Assembly: GCA_023205875.1 (NCBI GenBank)
Contig: CP060755.1
Location: 1,674,001-1,738,000 of the forward strand
Reading direction: 5' to 3'
Length of the DNA: 64,000 nt
From: Chloropicon primus
Lineage: Eukaryota
The notes under the pieces: generated by a model
Database searches by the model: none
What the model saw: only the letters and a program-made list of their open reading frames with translations
Told to the model about the DNA's origin: nothing
Translations under genes and position numbers: made by a program
Part shown: one piece after another, positions 41,235 through 51,929 of the stretch
Numbering within the stretch: the stretch's first letter is position 1
Layout of the letters: each line of letters begins with the position of its first letter

Positions 41235-42722
41235 TCAGAATTGGGTGCCCCCCAGATTGATCAGCGTCTGCTGCGTGATCACGCCGAGGGCGGCGCCTCC
41301 AACCACAACGAGCATCGGCACCCCCCCCGGAACCAGGCTCGGGACATCGGCCACCCCGAGGTCCTTCCTCTCCCGAATCTTCCAGGCCATCGCCGCTGGC
41401 AGGACGCCGAAGAGGGCGAGGACGCCGTACGTCCCGGCGTACTCCAGGGCGCTCAGGAAGGCGTCCGGGTACACGACCGCAAACAGGGCCGGAGGGACAA
41501 GAGTCAGGGAGAAGGGGACCAAGCTCTTCGTGTTCACTGGCATGTTGAGGCCGTCCGCGATAAAGTCGACCAGCCCCAGCACGAACCCGATGAAGGAGGT
41601 GGCCACCGCAAGCAGGCTGAAGGACATGATGTATGTCCCGACCGTGGCGTCTTCTTCCAGCACCTTGAGCGGGTCCAGAATCGAGCCGTCCGCCGCGTCG
41701 GACCCGTCGAGGTTGTAGCCCAAGATGGCCGCGTTCCACAGGAGGAACATCACGAGGGGGATCGTCGTCCCCGCCACGATTGCCGTGGTGATTTTCCTCC
41801 TGTCCCCCTCCAAGCTCGACGTCACCGTGGGCACGATGTTGTGAAACACGAAGGAGAGCGCCACCACCGGCACGCAGGACATGACCCTGCCGACGTCCGC
41901 GTGCCCGAGCTGAGAGGCGTCGAACTTGCCGAAAGCGACGGCCAGAATCCCGAAGAAGGAGAGGACGACCCCGCCCACGAGCGCGGTGTTCACCCTGTCC
42001 AGGACGCTGGGGTTGCTGGCGTAGATCGTGACGCCCAGCAGGGAGCCGAACGCCACGCTCGCGAGCGCCGGCGAAAAGTCTGCTATGCCCGATATCAGCT
42101 CCCCCCCTCGGGAGATGTACGCCACCAGGAGGGAGTAGTGCAGAAACACGTAGGTCGTGCCGGCCAAGATTCTCCCAGGCCCGCCGAAGGTGTCCTCCGC
42201 CATCGAGAGCATGGACACGCCCCCCCGCCCGAGCTCGCACATCAGGAACAAGTTGACCTCCGCGAGGAGGAGGCCCGTGACGCACGAGTACGCCCAGCAG
42301 CCCAGGATCACGGCGGAGCTCGGGAGGTACCCCGTCCCAGCGGTGACAGCAGGGAGGGCGAGGATACCCGCGCCCACCGTCGTCCCTGCAACGAGGGACA
42401 CGGACCCCAAAACCGAGCCAGGCTGGTGCTGGAGGGTCTCCACGTCCAGGTTGGAGAACAGCCTCTGCTGCTCGTCGTCGACCTCCGCGTCGAGGTAGCC
42501 GTCGTCCTCGTCCAAAACCTTCTCCTTGACCTCCACCTTGGAGCCCACCTTCGTCGTGGTTCTCCGCTGCTCCCTAGGATGCAAGACCACGCTCGTCAAC
42601 CCAACCTCCCTCCCCCTCGTGTTCCCCCCCCTCTGCATGTTTCCCCTCCCCCCCCTCCTCCCTCCCCCTCCTTTCGCTCTTCTCCCTCCGTCCCTCACCC
42701 CTCGCACCCCCTCGACCACCAT
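41235..42722 (-). CDS. Aromatic amino-acid permease (TyrP/Mtr-like)
   Basis: LVAGTTVGAGILALP, LLLAEVN, FVFHNIVP and ATSFIGF. Confidence 0.9.
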   Translation of the reverse strand: MVVEGVRGVRDGGRRAKGGGGRRGGRGNMQRGGNTRGREVGLTSVVLHPREQRRTTTKVGSKVEVKEKVLDEDDGYLDAEVDDEQQRLFSNLDVETLQHQPGSVLGSVSLVAGTTVGAGILALPAVTAGTGYLPSSAVILGCWAYSCVTGLLLAEVNLFLMCELGRGGVSMLSMAEDTFGGPGRILAGTTYVFLHYSLLVAYISRGGELISGIADFSPALASVAFGSLLGVTIYASNPSVLDRVNTALVGGVVLSFFGILAVAFGKFDASQLGHADVGRVMSCVPVVALSFVFHNIVPTVTSSLEGDRRKITTAIVAGTTIPLVMFLLWNAAILGYNLDGSDAADGSILDPLKVLEEDATVGTYIMSFSLLAVATSFIGFVLGLVDFIADGLNMPVNTKSLVPFSLTLVPPALFAVVYPDAFLSALEYAGTYGVLALFGVLPAAMAWKIRERKDLGVADVPSLVPGGVPMLVVVGGAALGVITQQTLINLGGTQF

Positions 42723-42977
42723 CACCGCAAACACCCGCGAAGATCTCTCTCTCTCTCTCCTTTCCTTTGACTTGGATGGCGGGAGGGGACAGGAACAGGG
42801 AAACACGACGGGCCTCGCGCGCCGCGAAGGGAAGGGAAGGGAACAGGGGGGGAGGTGGGTTGTTCATCACATCATTCATGGCGTCGGAGATCCGAGGGGA
42901 ATAGGAAGGCCTCTGTCGTCGGGAACTCTCTCTGTCTCTCTCTGTCTCTCTCTGTAACGGTAACGCTGAAGCCCTTG

Positions 42978-43655
42978 ATGGTGATGGGAGGGGAGAAGGA
43001 GGGCAGGGCGGGGGCGGGGGCGGGGGAGAGGAAGAAGCCCTTGATGAGGGGAGTGCTGCACCAGGTCGCTGCGGCAGTGAGTTTCGTGGCGGGGGGGGCG
43101 ATGGTCGGCCACGCGGCGCCCGACAGCAAGGCGATGGTAGCTGGAGCGATCTATTGCCTGAGTTTGGTCTTTTTGTTCGCGGCATCGGCCACGTACCACA
43201 GGCCTGACTGGGAGCCCAGGGAGAGGAAGATTCTCAGGAGGATAGACCACGGAGCGATCTTCGTCCTCATCGCGGGGACGTACAGCCCGATCGTCCTGCT
43301 GACCTTCGAGTCCGGCACGAGCGCTGAGAAGTACGTCGGCTTCATCTGGCTCCTGGCCCTCTTTGGGATTTTGCTGTCCGTGTTCTGGCCGAGCGCGCCC
43401 AAGGGCCTGGTCGCTGCGATATGTGTGGGATTCGGCGCGATCGGCCTCCTGGAGCATAAATCTTTCCAGCTGACTGGCGCGGAGTTGTTCGTCATCGGGC
43501 TCGGGGGCGTTTTCTACGTGATTGGGGCCGTCGTGTACGCAGTCCGACGCCCAGACCCGTTCCCGGAGGTGTTCGGTTACCACGAAGTGTTTCACGCTCT
43601 CACGATCTTGGCGACCGTCTGCCACTTTGGCGTCATCTGGGAACTCACCTCGTGA
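42978..43655 (+). CDS. Hemolysin-III/PAQR family membrane protein
   Basis: SATYH, RRIDHGAIFVLIAGTYSP and FGYHEVFH. Confidence 0.92.
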   Translation: MVMGGEKEGRAGAGAGERKKPLMRGVLHQVAAAVSFVAGGAMVGHAAPDSKAMVAGAIYCLSLVFLFAASATYHRPDWEPRERKILRRIDHGAIFVLIAGTYSPIVLLTFESGTSAEKYVGFIWLLALFGILLSVFWPSAPKGLVAAICVGFGAIGLLEHKSFQLTGAELFVIGLGGVFYVIGAVVYAVRRPDPFPEVFGYHEVFHALTILATVCHFGVIWELTS

Positions 43656-43743
43656 GACCAGCAGCGCGAGAGGGGCTCTCGCTCGTCGTCAAAGAGACGA
43701 TGCGCCGTATCACGTATGATAATACAAACGAATAATGACGGAG

Positions 43744-45666
43744 TTAAGCAAATTTGTTTCCCATCTCAAGCTGTTTCTGCTCCTCCAGATACTTCTTCAG
43801 CTTCTTCTCTTGCTTGTTCTTGCTCTGCTTGATCCCGTGGAACTTGTAGCACAGCTGCCTGAAGGCCTCCTTCGGAGTCATGACACGGCCGAACTCATCC
43901 TTCCTTGTCAGGGCGCTCTCAATGTCCTGAGCGAATTGGCCGTTGTCGCTGTAGCTCTCGATCACGTCCCGCACGTTGTTGTCCTTCATGTCGTTCGTCC
44001 TGCCCGCCCATCGCACCGTCTTCCTGAGTTCCCCCCTGTCCTGGAGCAGCTTCAGTGCGCCGCCAAGGCCCTTGTTGGAAGTGGAGGCCGCCGTCTCGTC
44101 CCAGACGGCCACACCCTTGCCCCCGCCCTCGCGCGGCTTGGACTTTTCTTCCTCTTCCGGCCCAGCGCTGGTCGAGGCCCCCCCCTGGGACTCGGGCTTG
44201 GCGTCCCCCTCGCCTCGCTCCTTTCCAGCCTTTTCGCCGTCCTTCTTGTTGTTGTTCCTCATGCCTCTTGCGGATATCGTGTTGCAGAACTCGCTCGTCT
44301 CCGTGAAGACCTCGCCCCCGTAGAGGTCGCCTGGGACCTGTTCTCTCTGGGAGAGGGACTTGACCTGCATGGCCATCGTCGCCTCCGAGCCCTGGCCCGC
44401 CCTCCTCTGCCTCGACAAAGCGGTTTCCCTCGCTCGGTTCAGGGCCGAGAAAAAGGCGTCGTTCTCCTCGTCCTCCTGGGCCTCCTCCACGTCCATGTTT
44501 TGGTTGAACTTCTCCGCCGTCTTCTCGGCCGCCTTCGACATGGCTTTGGAGTAGGCGGCATCCCTCCTGGCTTGCTCAGTGAGGTAAGAATCCTTGTTGT
44601 GCTTCGAGCGCATCCCCTCGACACGCTTCCCGTGGTTCACCTCGCTCTCGTTGGCCTCGCCGGCGGTCTGGGAGGCCAGCGCCCGGGCCTCCAGATCGTC
44701 AATGTCCTTCTTCTTCATCCTGATGTTCTTCTTCTTCTTCCGCCTCCTCTTCTTCCCGGACCCGTCCTTGGCGCCCTCCAACGTCGCCGCCTCCTCCTGC
44801 GTCCAGAAGTCGTCCATCGCCCTCTTTATGGGGTCAGCACTCTCCTTCGTCTTGCCGTAGTTTATCCCCTCCTTGAGCTTCTTCCTGATCTCCTCCTGCT
44901 CCTTGAGCTTGGCCACGTCGACCCCGCCGCTCCCATCGATTTCCATGCCCCTGGTGCTGCCGTCCTCGCCGTCGCACAGGACGCCTCCGGAGCCCTCGAG
45001 GTCCTTCTCCGCGGCCTCCTCGTACCTGTTCCGAGGCTTGGACAGCCTCACCGCCTCGTCCCTCTTCTCCTGCTGCGCCAGCAGCGTGTCCTCCAGGACG
45101 TCCTCGCCGGTCTGCAGCTCCCCGTCGTCGTCCAGGACACCCTGGTCCTTGAGCGTCAGGATCACCTGGCTCCCCTCGCGGAACTGCTGGGCGTCGTGGC
45201 CAATCTTCAGGCCCTTCAGCTCGCTCGAGGCGTACCTCCTCCTCTTCGAGCCTTGGCCTGCGAAATCGTCGTCCCCGAACTCCTCCTGGTCCTGCAGAGC
45301 CTGCTGCGTCCTCAGGGCCTCCTCCCTCTCCTTCTTCCTGCTCTTCTTGATCCAGGACCTGACGTCATCCTCCTCGCCTCCCCCGCCCTCCCCCAGCGGC
45401 CTGACCACCCTCCCCTCGTCCACCTTCTCCTTCGCCAGCCGCTCCTCCCTGATCGCCAGGAGCTTGTCCTTCACCTTGTCCCTCTCCTCGGTCCCCTTGC
45501 TCCCCTTGCTCGGCCAAGCCTCTTCCTCCTCCTGGTTCTTCCTTGTCCTCTTCCTCTTCTTGTTCTTGTTCTTGTTCTTGTTCTCCACCCTGAGCGGCTT
45601 GAGCCCCAGCTTCTCCCTCAGCGCATTCGTCTCCTCCACGCTAAGCTCCACCGTCTTGTCCACCAT
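43744..45666 (-). CDS. SART1: U4/U6.U5 tri-snRNP protein SART1/Snu66
   Basis: LSVEETNALREKLGLKPL (HIND), ILTLKD and DEFGRVMTPKEAFRQLCYKFHG. Confidence 0.93.
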   Translation of the reverse strand: MVDKTVELSVEETNALREKLGLKPLRVENKNKNKNKKRKRTRKNQEEEEAWPSKGSKGTEERDKVKDKLLAIREERLAKEKVDEGRVVRPLGEGGGGEEDDVRSWIKKSRKKEREEALRTQQALQDQEEFGDDDFAGQGSKRRRYASSELKGLKIGHDAQQFREGSQVILTLKDQGVLDDDGELQTGEDVLEDTLLAQQEKRDEAVRLSKPRNRYEEAAEKDLEGSGGVLCDGEDGSTRGMEIDGSGGVDVAKLKEQEEIRKKLKEGINYGKTKESADPIKRAMDDFWTQEEAATLEGAKDGSGKKRRRKKKKNIRMKKKDIDDLEARALASQTAGEANESEVNHGKRVEGMRSKHNKDSYLTEQARRDAAYSKAMSKAAEKTAEKFNQNMDVEEAQEDEENDAFFSALNRARETALSRQRRAGQGSEATMAMQVKSLSQREQVPGDLYGGEVFTETSEFCNTISARGMRNNNKKDGEKAGKERGEGDAKPESQGGASTSAGPEEEEKSKPREGGGKGVAVWDETAASTSNKGLGGALKLLQDRGELRKTVRWAGRTNDMKDNNVRDVIESYSDNGQFAQDIESALTRKDEFGRVMTPKEAFRQLCYKFHGIKQSKNKQEKKLKKYLEEQKQLEMGNKFA

Positions 45667-45914
45667 CTCGCCTCAACCCTCTCCTCCGCTCTTCTCTTCC
45701 GCTCTCCTCTCCTCTTCTCTTCCAAAGGGAAAGTGAAAGCGGGAGTGTTTTTTGGATAAAGCGCGGCGGAGGGAACCCTCCAGCACGAGCCACGTCACAC
45801 CGAGACCAACAACAACAACCAACAAGAACGATAACAACAACAACAAGAACAACAACCACGAAGGCGACGACGTCCTAGGAGAGGAGAGGAGAGAAGAGGA
45901 GAGAAGAGGAGAGG

Positions 45915-47150
45915 ATGGCCAAGTGTACCGGGAACCTCAACCTCAACCTCAACCGGAATGGACGGACGAGGAGGGCCACCACCACCAGGGTGATGGTCAG
46001 CAGAGTGGACCCAGCCAGGAGGGGACAAGGACAAGGAGACCCCAACGCGGGCTTCGAGAGGAGGAGCGGGAGTCCGGGCCCACCGGGGGGAGACAGAGAC
46101 AGGGAAAGGGACAGGGAGGCACGACGAGGGCAAACGGAGTCCCAGAGGGGGCCCGGGCGAGCGGGGCAGGGGAAGCGGGGAGGAAGGCGTAGGACGGGCT
46201 ACGAGGGAGGGCCCGGAGGGAGCAGGGCGCGCGGGAGGCGCGGGAGCGTGGCCCGTGGCCGAGGAGGCGACGCCAACGAGCCCGTCCTCGTCAACCGCTC
46301 CTTCTTGCTGGGCAAGCCCGTCATCACACGCACCACCGGCACCAACCTCGGGGTGGTGAACCAAATGTGGGTGGACACGAACGAGTGGAAGGTCGTTTGC
46401 TTTGACGTGAGGGAGAACATGTTCTTCGGAGAGTACGATTCGGTCATGCTGGAGAGCCTGAAGCAGATTGGCGACGTCATTTTGGTCCAAAACGAGTCGG
46501 ACGCCCAGCAGCACGTCGTGGTGTACGGCCTCAACTACCTGGTGGGGAGCGAGGTGGTCACGGAGGTGGGAGGCTACCTGGGCAAAGTGAGGGACTTTGC
46601 CTTCAACCCGGAGGACGGGCAGATCGCGACCATCGAGTTTGACTCCTTTGGAACTCCGGTGGTGCCGTCCTCGGTGCTCTCGACGTACGCGGTGAACTGC
46701 AGCGAGATCATCAGCGTCGGGCCAGACAGGCTCGTGGTGGCAGCGGGGGCGGAGTCAAGAGTGCAGCAGCTTTCGAGCGGAGTCATGCAGAGGCTGGCGC
46801 TGTACGAGCCCCCGTGGGAGGCAGCTTACAGGGAGCAGTACGAGATGGACTACTACGGCAGTGGTTACGCCCTCCCGCCCTTCCAGGAGCAGTACAACCA
46901 GAATGACTACAGAAGCGCTCCGCCGCAGCAGTACAGGCAGTATAACCAGAGGGAGCCCCAGTACATGCAGGACAGGCGACCGCCCCAGCGCGAGAGAGAA
47001 AGGGCGAGGGGGCAGCAGAGCTATGATGACTTCATTGAAGTGGAGGAGCGTGAGCCCGTGTACGAGGCCCAGGTCCAGTCACAGCGCACTCCCCCGAAAC
47101 CTCAAGACGCCGATTACACAAAGTACAACAGGGACGAGGACCGGCTGTGA
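45915..47150 (+). CDS. Double PRC-barrel domain protein with transit-peptide-like leader
   Basis: LLGKPVITRTTGTNLGVV...IGDVILV and LVGSEVVTEVGGYLGKVRDF. Confidence 0.8.
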   Translation: MAKCTGNLNLNLNRNGRTRRATTTRVMVSRVDPARRGQGQGDPNAGFERRSGSPGPPGGDRDRERDREARRGQTESQRGPGRAGQGKRGGRRRTGYEGGPGGSRARGRRGSVARGRGGDANEPVLVNRSFLLGKPVITRTTGTNLGVVNQMWVDTNEWKVVCFDVRENMFFGEYDSVMLESLKQIGDVILVQNESDAQQHVVVYGLNYLVGSEVVTEVGGYLGKVRDFAFNPEDGQIATIEFDSFGTPVVPSSVLSTYAVNCSEIISVGPDRLVVAAGAESRVQQLSSGVMQRLALYEPPWEAAYREQYEMDYYGSGYALPPFQEQYNQNDYRSAPPQQYRQYNQREPQYMQDRRPPQRERERARGQQSYDDFIEVEEREPVYEAQVQSQRTPPKPQDADYTKYNRDEDRL

Positions 47151-47398
47151 GCTCGCGCGTGTCGTGCGAGCTACTGAAAAGGCACAAGACAAGACAATGA
47201 GATATACGATAAAAGGCGTCGTTGTTTCCTAGTGTGATAATATTTTCTTGCTCAAGAGACCAAGCCTGTAAGTTTCCCCATGAATTTGCCCGCTGCGTAC
47301 ACCCTGGTAAGCCAAGCGAGTCCGAGAGCAGAACGTGTGAGGGGTCTGTTGACACGCAACCGAACGAGTGGGAAGAAGAAGAGAAGAGGGGAGCTTGC

Positions 47399-48068
47399 TT
47401 ACTTTGTCCAGATGTAAAACAAGGTCAGCACCCCCATCGCAAAGACAAGAAGCATGAGGATGTGGCCACTGCCAGTGAACTTGAAAGCCCTGTCTATCCG
47501 CTTCATGGTCCGCTTCAAGTTACTCCTCGCCTTGTTCACGGTGTCCTCCAAGCTGTTCAGAATCTCCGAGTTCAGCCTGGACTCGTGTTGAATATCCAAC
47601 GCCAACTGCGAAAATTCGCAGAGCAAGCCCCGAACGCGCGGGAAAGAGTTAGTCTCGTCTCGGCCACTCGTTCGTTCAAGATCCTCCTCACTGACACAGA
47701 GAGTGTTCGTGTCATCTTACCCCTTTCATTCTTCCTATCTTCCCCCTGAGGCCGTCCACCTCCGTGTCGAGGTCGAAACTCGGCGCTACCGTCAGCTGGA
47801 TATCCCCGCTTCCATCTCCCGAAGCGCTGGGACTGTTGCTGCCAAATAAGTTTTGCCTGTCCCGAAGCCCATCCCTGTCCACACCGTCCCCATCATCGCA
47901 AACAAACGGACAAAAACACAAACAAGACGACGCGTGCGTCAGTTGAGGTCCCCCGAGATACGAGTCCCGGGGTTCTCGAGGCTCCCCCCGGTCGTGCGCC
48001 CCCCCCCCCCCGGTCGTGTCGTGCGGCGTCCCTTCCTCTCCTCCTCCTCACCTGCCGTAGTGCGCCAT
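47399..48068 (-). CDS. Bet1/SFT-like Qc-SNARE (multi-exon)
   Basis: SNARE heptads (DLDTEVDGLRGKI...LALDIQHESR) plus C-terminal TM helix; first exon MAHYG with GTGAG donor. Confidence 0.75.
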
Positions 48069-48159
48069 GGCGCTCCAGTGAATGGAGAGGGCGCTCCTGG
48101 ATTTTGCCGACGGGGAAGGGTAACGCTCTTGGGACGACGAGGAGGACGAGGAGGAGGAG

Positions 48160-49170
48160 ATGGCGGAGCTTGTTGGGGAGAGGATAGAGGTGTTGTTCGA
48201 CGACCCGCCGGAGTACTTTGCTGGGGTCGTGACAAGGTACGCGGAGGAAACGGGATTGCACGGGGTGAGGTACGACGACGGGACGAACGAGGAGTGTGAC
48301 TTGTCCTCGAGGAAGACAAAGTATCGCCTCGTGAGGGGAGAAGGAGTGGCCTCGCGAAAACTGTCGAGAACCCCGGCGTCCCAGGAAGGAGGAGGGGTCG
48401 ACGGGAACGAGCTGCAGGCGGCCGACGCAGAGCCTGTACCGGAAAGAGCAGAGTTTGATGTGAAGACGGTTCCTTGGTTGCACTCTGCAAGTTTGGACGT
48501 AAGTCTCCAGCGTCACCTCACCCACGCACGCACGCACGCACGCACACAAACTGACTCGCTTCTTTCGTGCGTTTTCCCTCTCCGCAAGTCCCTGTTTCGG
48601 AGAAGCGTGATAGAATCGAGGCGCGGGCCGAAGCAGAACATCCACCCGCCCTTCTCTCTGAGGACAGAAGACGGCGTGGAGATGACCGTGGTGTCCCTCG
48701 GTAACCTTGTCCGAACGAAGGCGGAGGCGAAACCGTTCGGGATCTCTCAAGCCGACTTTTATGGCGTGCAGTACAACCTGACACCTGCTGGGCACGTGGC
48801 TGACTTCAAAACGAGTGGCAAAGTGATGAGAATGGAAGTCCAGCCAAGCCAAGGCGGTGGTTTTGCATGGAAAGTGAGGGTCTCCGATTCCCATGGGAAC
48901 TTCCGTGACTTCGTGGGCCAAGACGCCTCCTCATCCTGGGCAAAGGTTGCTTTGAGCGAGCACGGACATCTTTGGACAATTCGCATGAGCCGTTGGTGTG
49001 GGTTGAAAGCCTTTGGTCTGCTGGAGGAGAGCGTTTTGGATGCTTACAAGGACCAAGTCCTGGCAGAGATGCTGGAGGAGCGAAAGAGTTTTGGATTTTG
49101 GGAGAACTTGCTAATGGCGAGGAGAAACGTCGAGTCGTACCAGAACCTTGATTCAGGGGAAGAGGAGTGA
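48160..49170 (+). CDS. Hypothetical protein with N-terminal Tudor-like domain; probable intron ~48499-48588
   Basis: LVGERIEVLF...YFAGVVTRY...HGVRYDDG. Confidence 0.6.
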   Translation: MAELVGERIEVLFDDPPEYFAGVVTRYAEETGLHGVRYDDGTNEECDLSSRKTKYRLVRGEGVASRKLSRTPASQEGGGVDGNELQAADAEPVPERAEFDVKTVPWLHSASLDVSLQRHLTHARTHARTQTDSLLSCVFPLRKSLFRRSVIESRRGPKQNIHPPFSLRTEDGVEMTVVSLGNLVRTKAEAKPFGISQADFYGVQYNLTPAGHVADFKTSGKVMRMEVQPSQGGGFAWKVRVSDSHGNFRDFVGQDASSSWAKVALSEHGHLWTIRMSRWCGLKAFGLLEESVLDAYKDQVLAEMLEERKSFGFWENLLMARRNVESYQNLDSGEEE

Positions 49171-49236
49171 AAGGACAAGTGGGAAGGAAAAAAAAGAGGC
49201 GACTTTATACTCTTGCTTCTCTTTAAAACTCGAGAT

Positions 49237-51329
49237 TTACGCTTGTTCGAGGGTTGGGCTGTCGAGAACCTTATAGATCCTTATCATCCAGTGCTTGGAC
49301 GTGAAAACCTCTTGAAAGTAGTTCAACGTGATGTCGGGGTTTCCGAACTTGGTGTTCCTCACCCTGTCCATGCCATCCCTGCCAACCGTCTCCGCAAACC
49401 TGTAGTAGGAAAGCTTGTACATCAGGGTGTTGAGCATCGTCGGCGAAGCCTTCTCGTCGATCCTGTAGTACCCTTCCCCAATGTAGTCTCTCTCCTTGAT
49501 GTCGCCGTAGACACCGCCCCCGATTCTCACCATCCACAAGAATTTGTTGATGTCGTCGCTTGAGTACCCGACCAAGCCACCAAAGATGACGAAAACGTAG
49601 TCCACATCCAACTTTCTGAACTGAACCCAGGCCTTCTCCTCTGGTGAGGCCATTGCCCTCCCAACAGTCGCAATGTGCGTGTTGTTCCACGTGTTGTTGT
49701 CCACCAACACAGTTCTGTCGGCCATTGCCGTCGTTTGATATCCGTAGTCCCACCAACTTGCGACCTTTGCCTCGTAGTCCGTGTTTTCCCTCAACCACGA
49801 GTACCCCTCTCTGTAGTCATCAAAGATGTAAACTCCGCCATCGCGGGTCCTGGACTGCAGTATAATACTGGGAGAGGAGTAGCCCTCACCCCCCAGGAAG
49901 GAGCAGTGAAAGAGATGGTAGGAGAGCACGAAAATGGTGCCCGAAATGCCCAACAAAGCAAGCGGGCGCGGGATGGCCCCGAGCCCAGACTCCGAGCGAG
50001 AGTTCCTCCTCCCCTTTCTCTTCTTCTTGCTCGGGCTGGTAACCGTTTCCTCGGGAGCTGGCGCCGTGATGTGGTAACTCTTGCAGAGCACTTCCAGGAC
50101 GTCAGAGAGGGCAATGCCAGCCAGGCAGCATGCCGCCGGGGCAAGCACAAGCATGAGCCTCACCATGACCGCGGAAAAGTAAACGCTCAGCACGCCCCAA
50201 ATCACAAGAAACAGGGACCCCTCCGAGAGCGGCCTGAAGCAGGAGATGATGCCAGACCCCATCAGGATGATTCCAAGCCTAAGGTCGTTGATGAAGGACG
50301 ACCAGGATGGAGCCTGGTGCTCGCTCACACTGGCGATGATTGGAATGTACTTGGACGCGTACGTTGGGTCCAGCAAGCTGAGACTCCTTCCAGACCACCT
50401 CAGCGTGGGCGACGTCATTGCGAAGGTGATGACTGCGAGGGAGACAATCCCCATGACGCCGATGCTCGCGGTGACAAACAGCCTCAACGCCTTGTTGTAC
50501 GCCGCTTCGGTCAAAGTCCTCTTCAGGTACTTGACAAGAGCAACCCCGTTCATCAGTGCCAAGACAAAGAATCCACTGAAATGCTCAGAGGTCTCCACCG
50601 CGTTGAAGCCGATCACTGGAAGCACCATGGCCAGCACAGTACCGTTGATGATGAACATGGAGTACCCCGTGTACAAGTTCGTGCTGAACTTGTTGATAAT
50701 CAGCAAAGCCAGCGCGTGGATCGGGATCAGGTTGATAATGAAGGTGTACCCTCCCCAGGAGGAAACCATGTAAAAGTACGAGAGACTCGCACACACGCCC
50801 CAAAACATGCTGCCCGTCTTGATGGACTTGAGGTAAAGGTAGAAAGTGAAGGTGAGGGCGAAGATCGCCACAGCTTCGTTGTCATACGATCCCGCAACGC
50901 TCCTCGAGATGTAGCTCGGAATCGTCGCAACGAAACTCGCTGCCAACAAGCCCGCTCCCCTGGACCTCACCTGCCTGACCATGAGGTAGGTCGATATCGC
51001 CGTGAAGCTGCTGAAGAGGGGGCCGATCATCACACAAACGTCCTTCACGTTCACGGGGTGGAGCTTGAAGACATTCTGCAACACCTTGTACAGCCAAGTC
51101 GCCGTAAGGGTGAGCCCCGGGTAGATGGTGCCGCCCACGACTCGACCGAGCGGGTACCAAGTGCGCTCGTCGAAGAAGTTCCAGAACGCATCGACGCCTG
51201 CAAAGTGGCAAGTACGACGGAGTCAGTCGAACGGCAGCGAGCGGAGCAGGCTGGGCAGCGGACCCCCTTCGCGACGAGGCGAAACCCTTTCGTCCTCAGA
51301 TCAAACCGAGGTCGTGGCACAGAGATCTC

Positions 51330-51364
<35 letters not shown>

Positions 51365-51677
51365 TGTGCAAACCTCCCCACGTCGACTACAGCGTTGACG
51401 CTCGCCGGTCCTCGCGGTCCCACTTACCTTTCTCGCTCGCCAGCTGCGTGACCCTGTAATTGAAGTAGGGGTCGAACTCGTGTATGACGCTCTCGTACTT
51501 TACAATGCTAAAGAGCCTGATGGAGAAGGCCACCGCGGCGATGAGCACCAAAGTTGTTATTTCAATGGTCGCCGCAATGGGTGATTGTGTTTGTTCCTTT
51601 TCCACTTCCCCCTTGTTCCTGGTTTCCCCCTTCTCCCCCGCCACCCCGACCTTCCTCATCCTCGCCGGCGTCGCCAT
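49237..51677 (-). CDS. STT3: Oligosaccharyltransferase catalytic subunit STT3; intron ~51428-51198
   Basis: [38 protein letters not shown] and [11 protein letters not shown]. Confidence 0.97.
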
Positions 51678-51742
51678 GATGTCGCAAACCCTGAACCCAA
51701 CAAGTACAATTCGCTCGAGGGGAGGGAGGGAGGGAGAGGGCA

Positions 51743-51908
51743 GGGCGTTACCCGACTCATCGCATTGCATCCATAGGAGACACGACACGGCAGGAGGGGG
51801 GGGGCGTTACCCACTCATCGCATTCATCGGAGACACGACACGGAAGGAGGGGGAGGGCGTTACCCGACTCATCGCATCGAATCCATAGGAGACACGGCAG
51901 GAGGGGGG
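51743..51908. repeat. Three degenerate ~55-bp direct repeats in the STT3/BT1 divergent promoter
   Basis: GGGCGTTACCC(G)ACTCATCGCAT...GGAGACACG...GGAGGGG at 51743, 51802 and 51855. Confidence 0.8.
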
Positions 51909-51929
51909 AGGGGGAGGAGGAAGGGGAGG

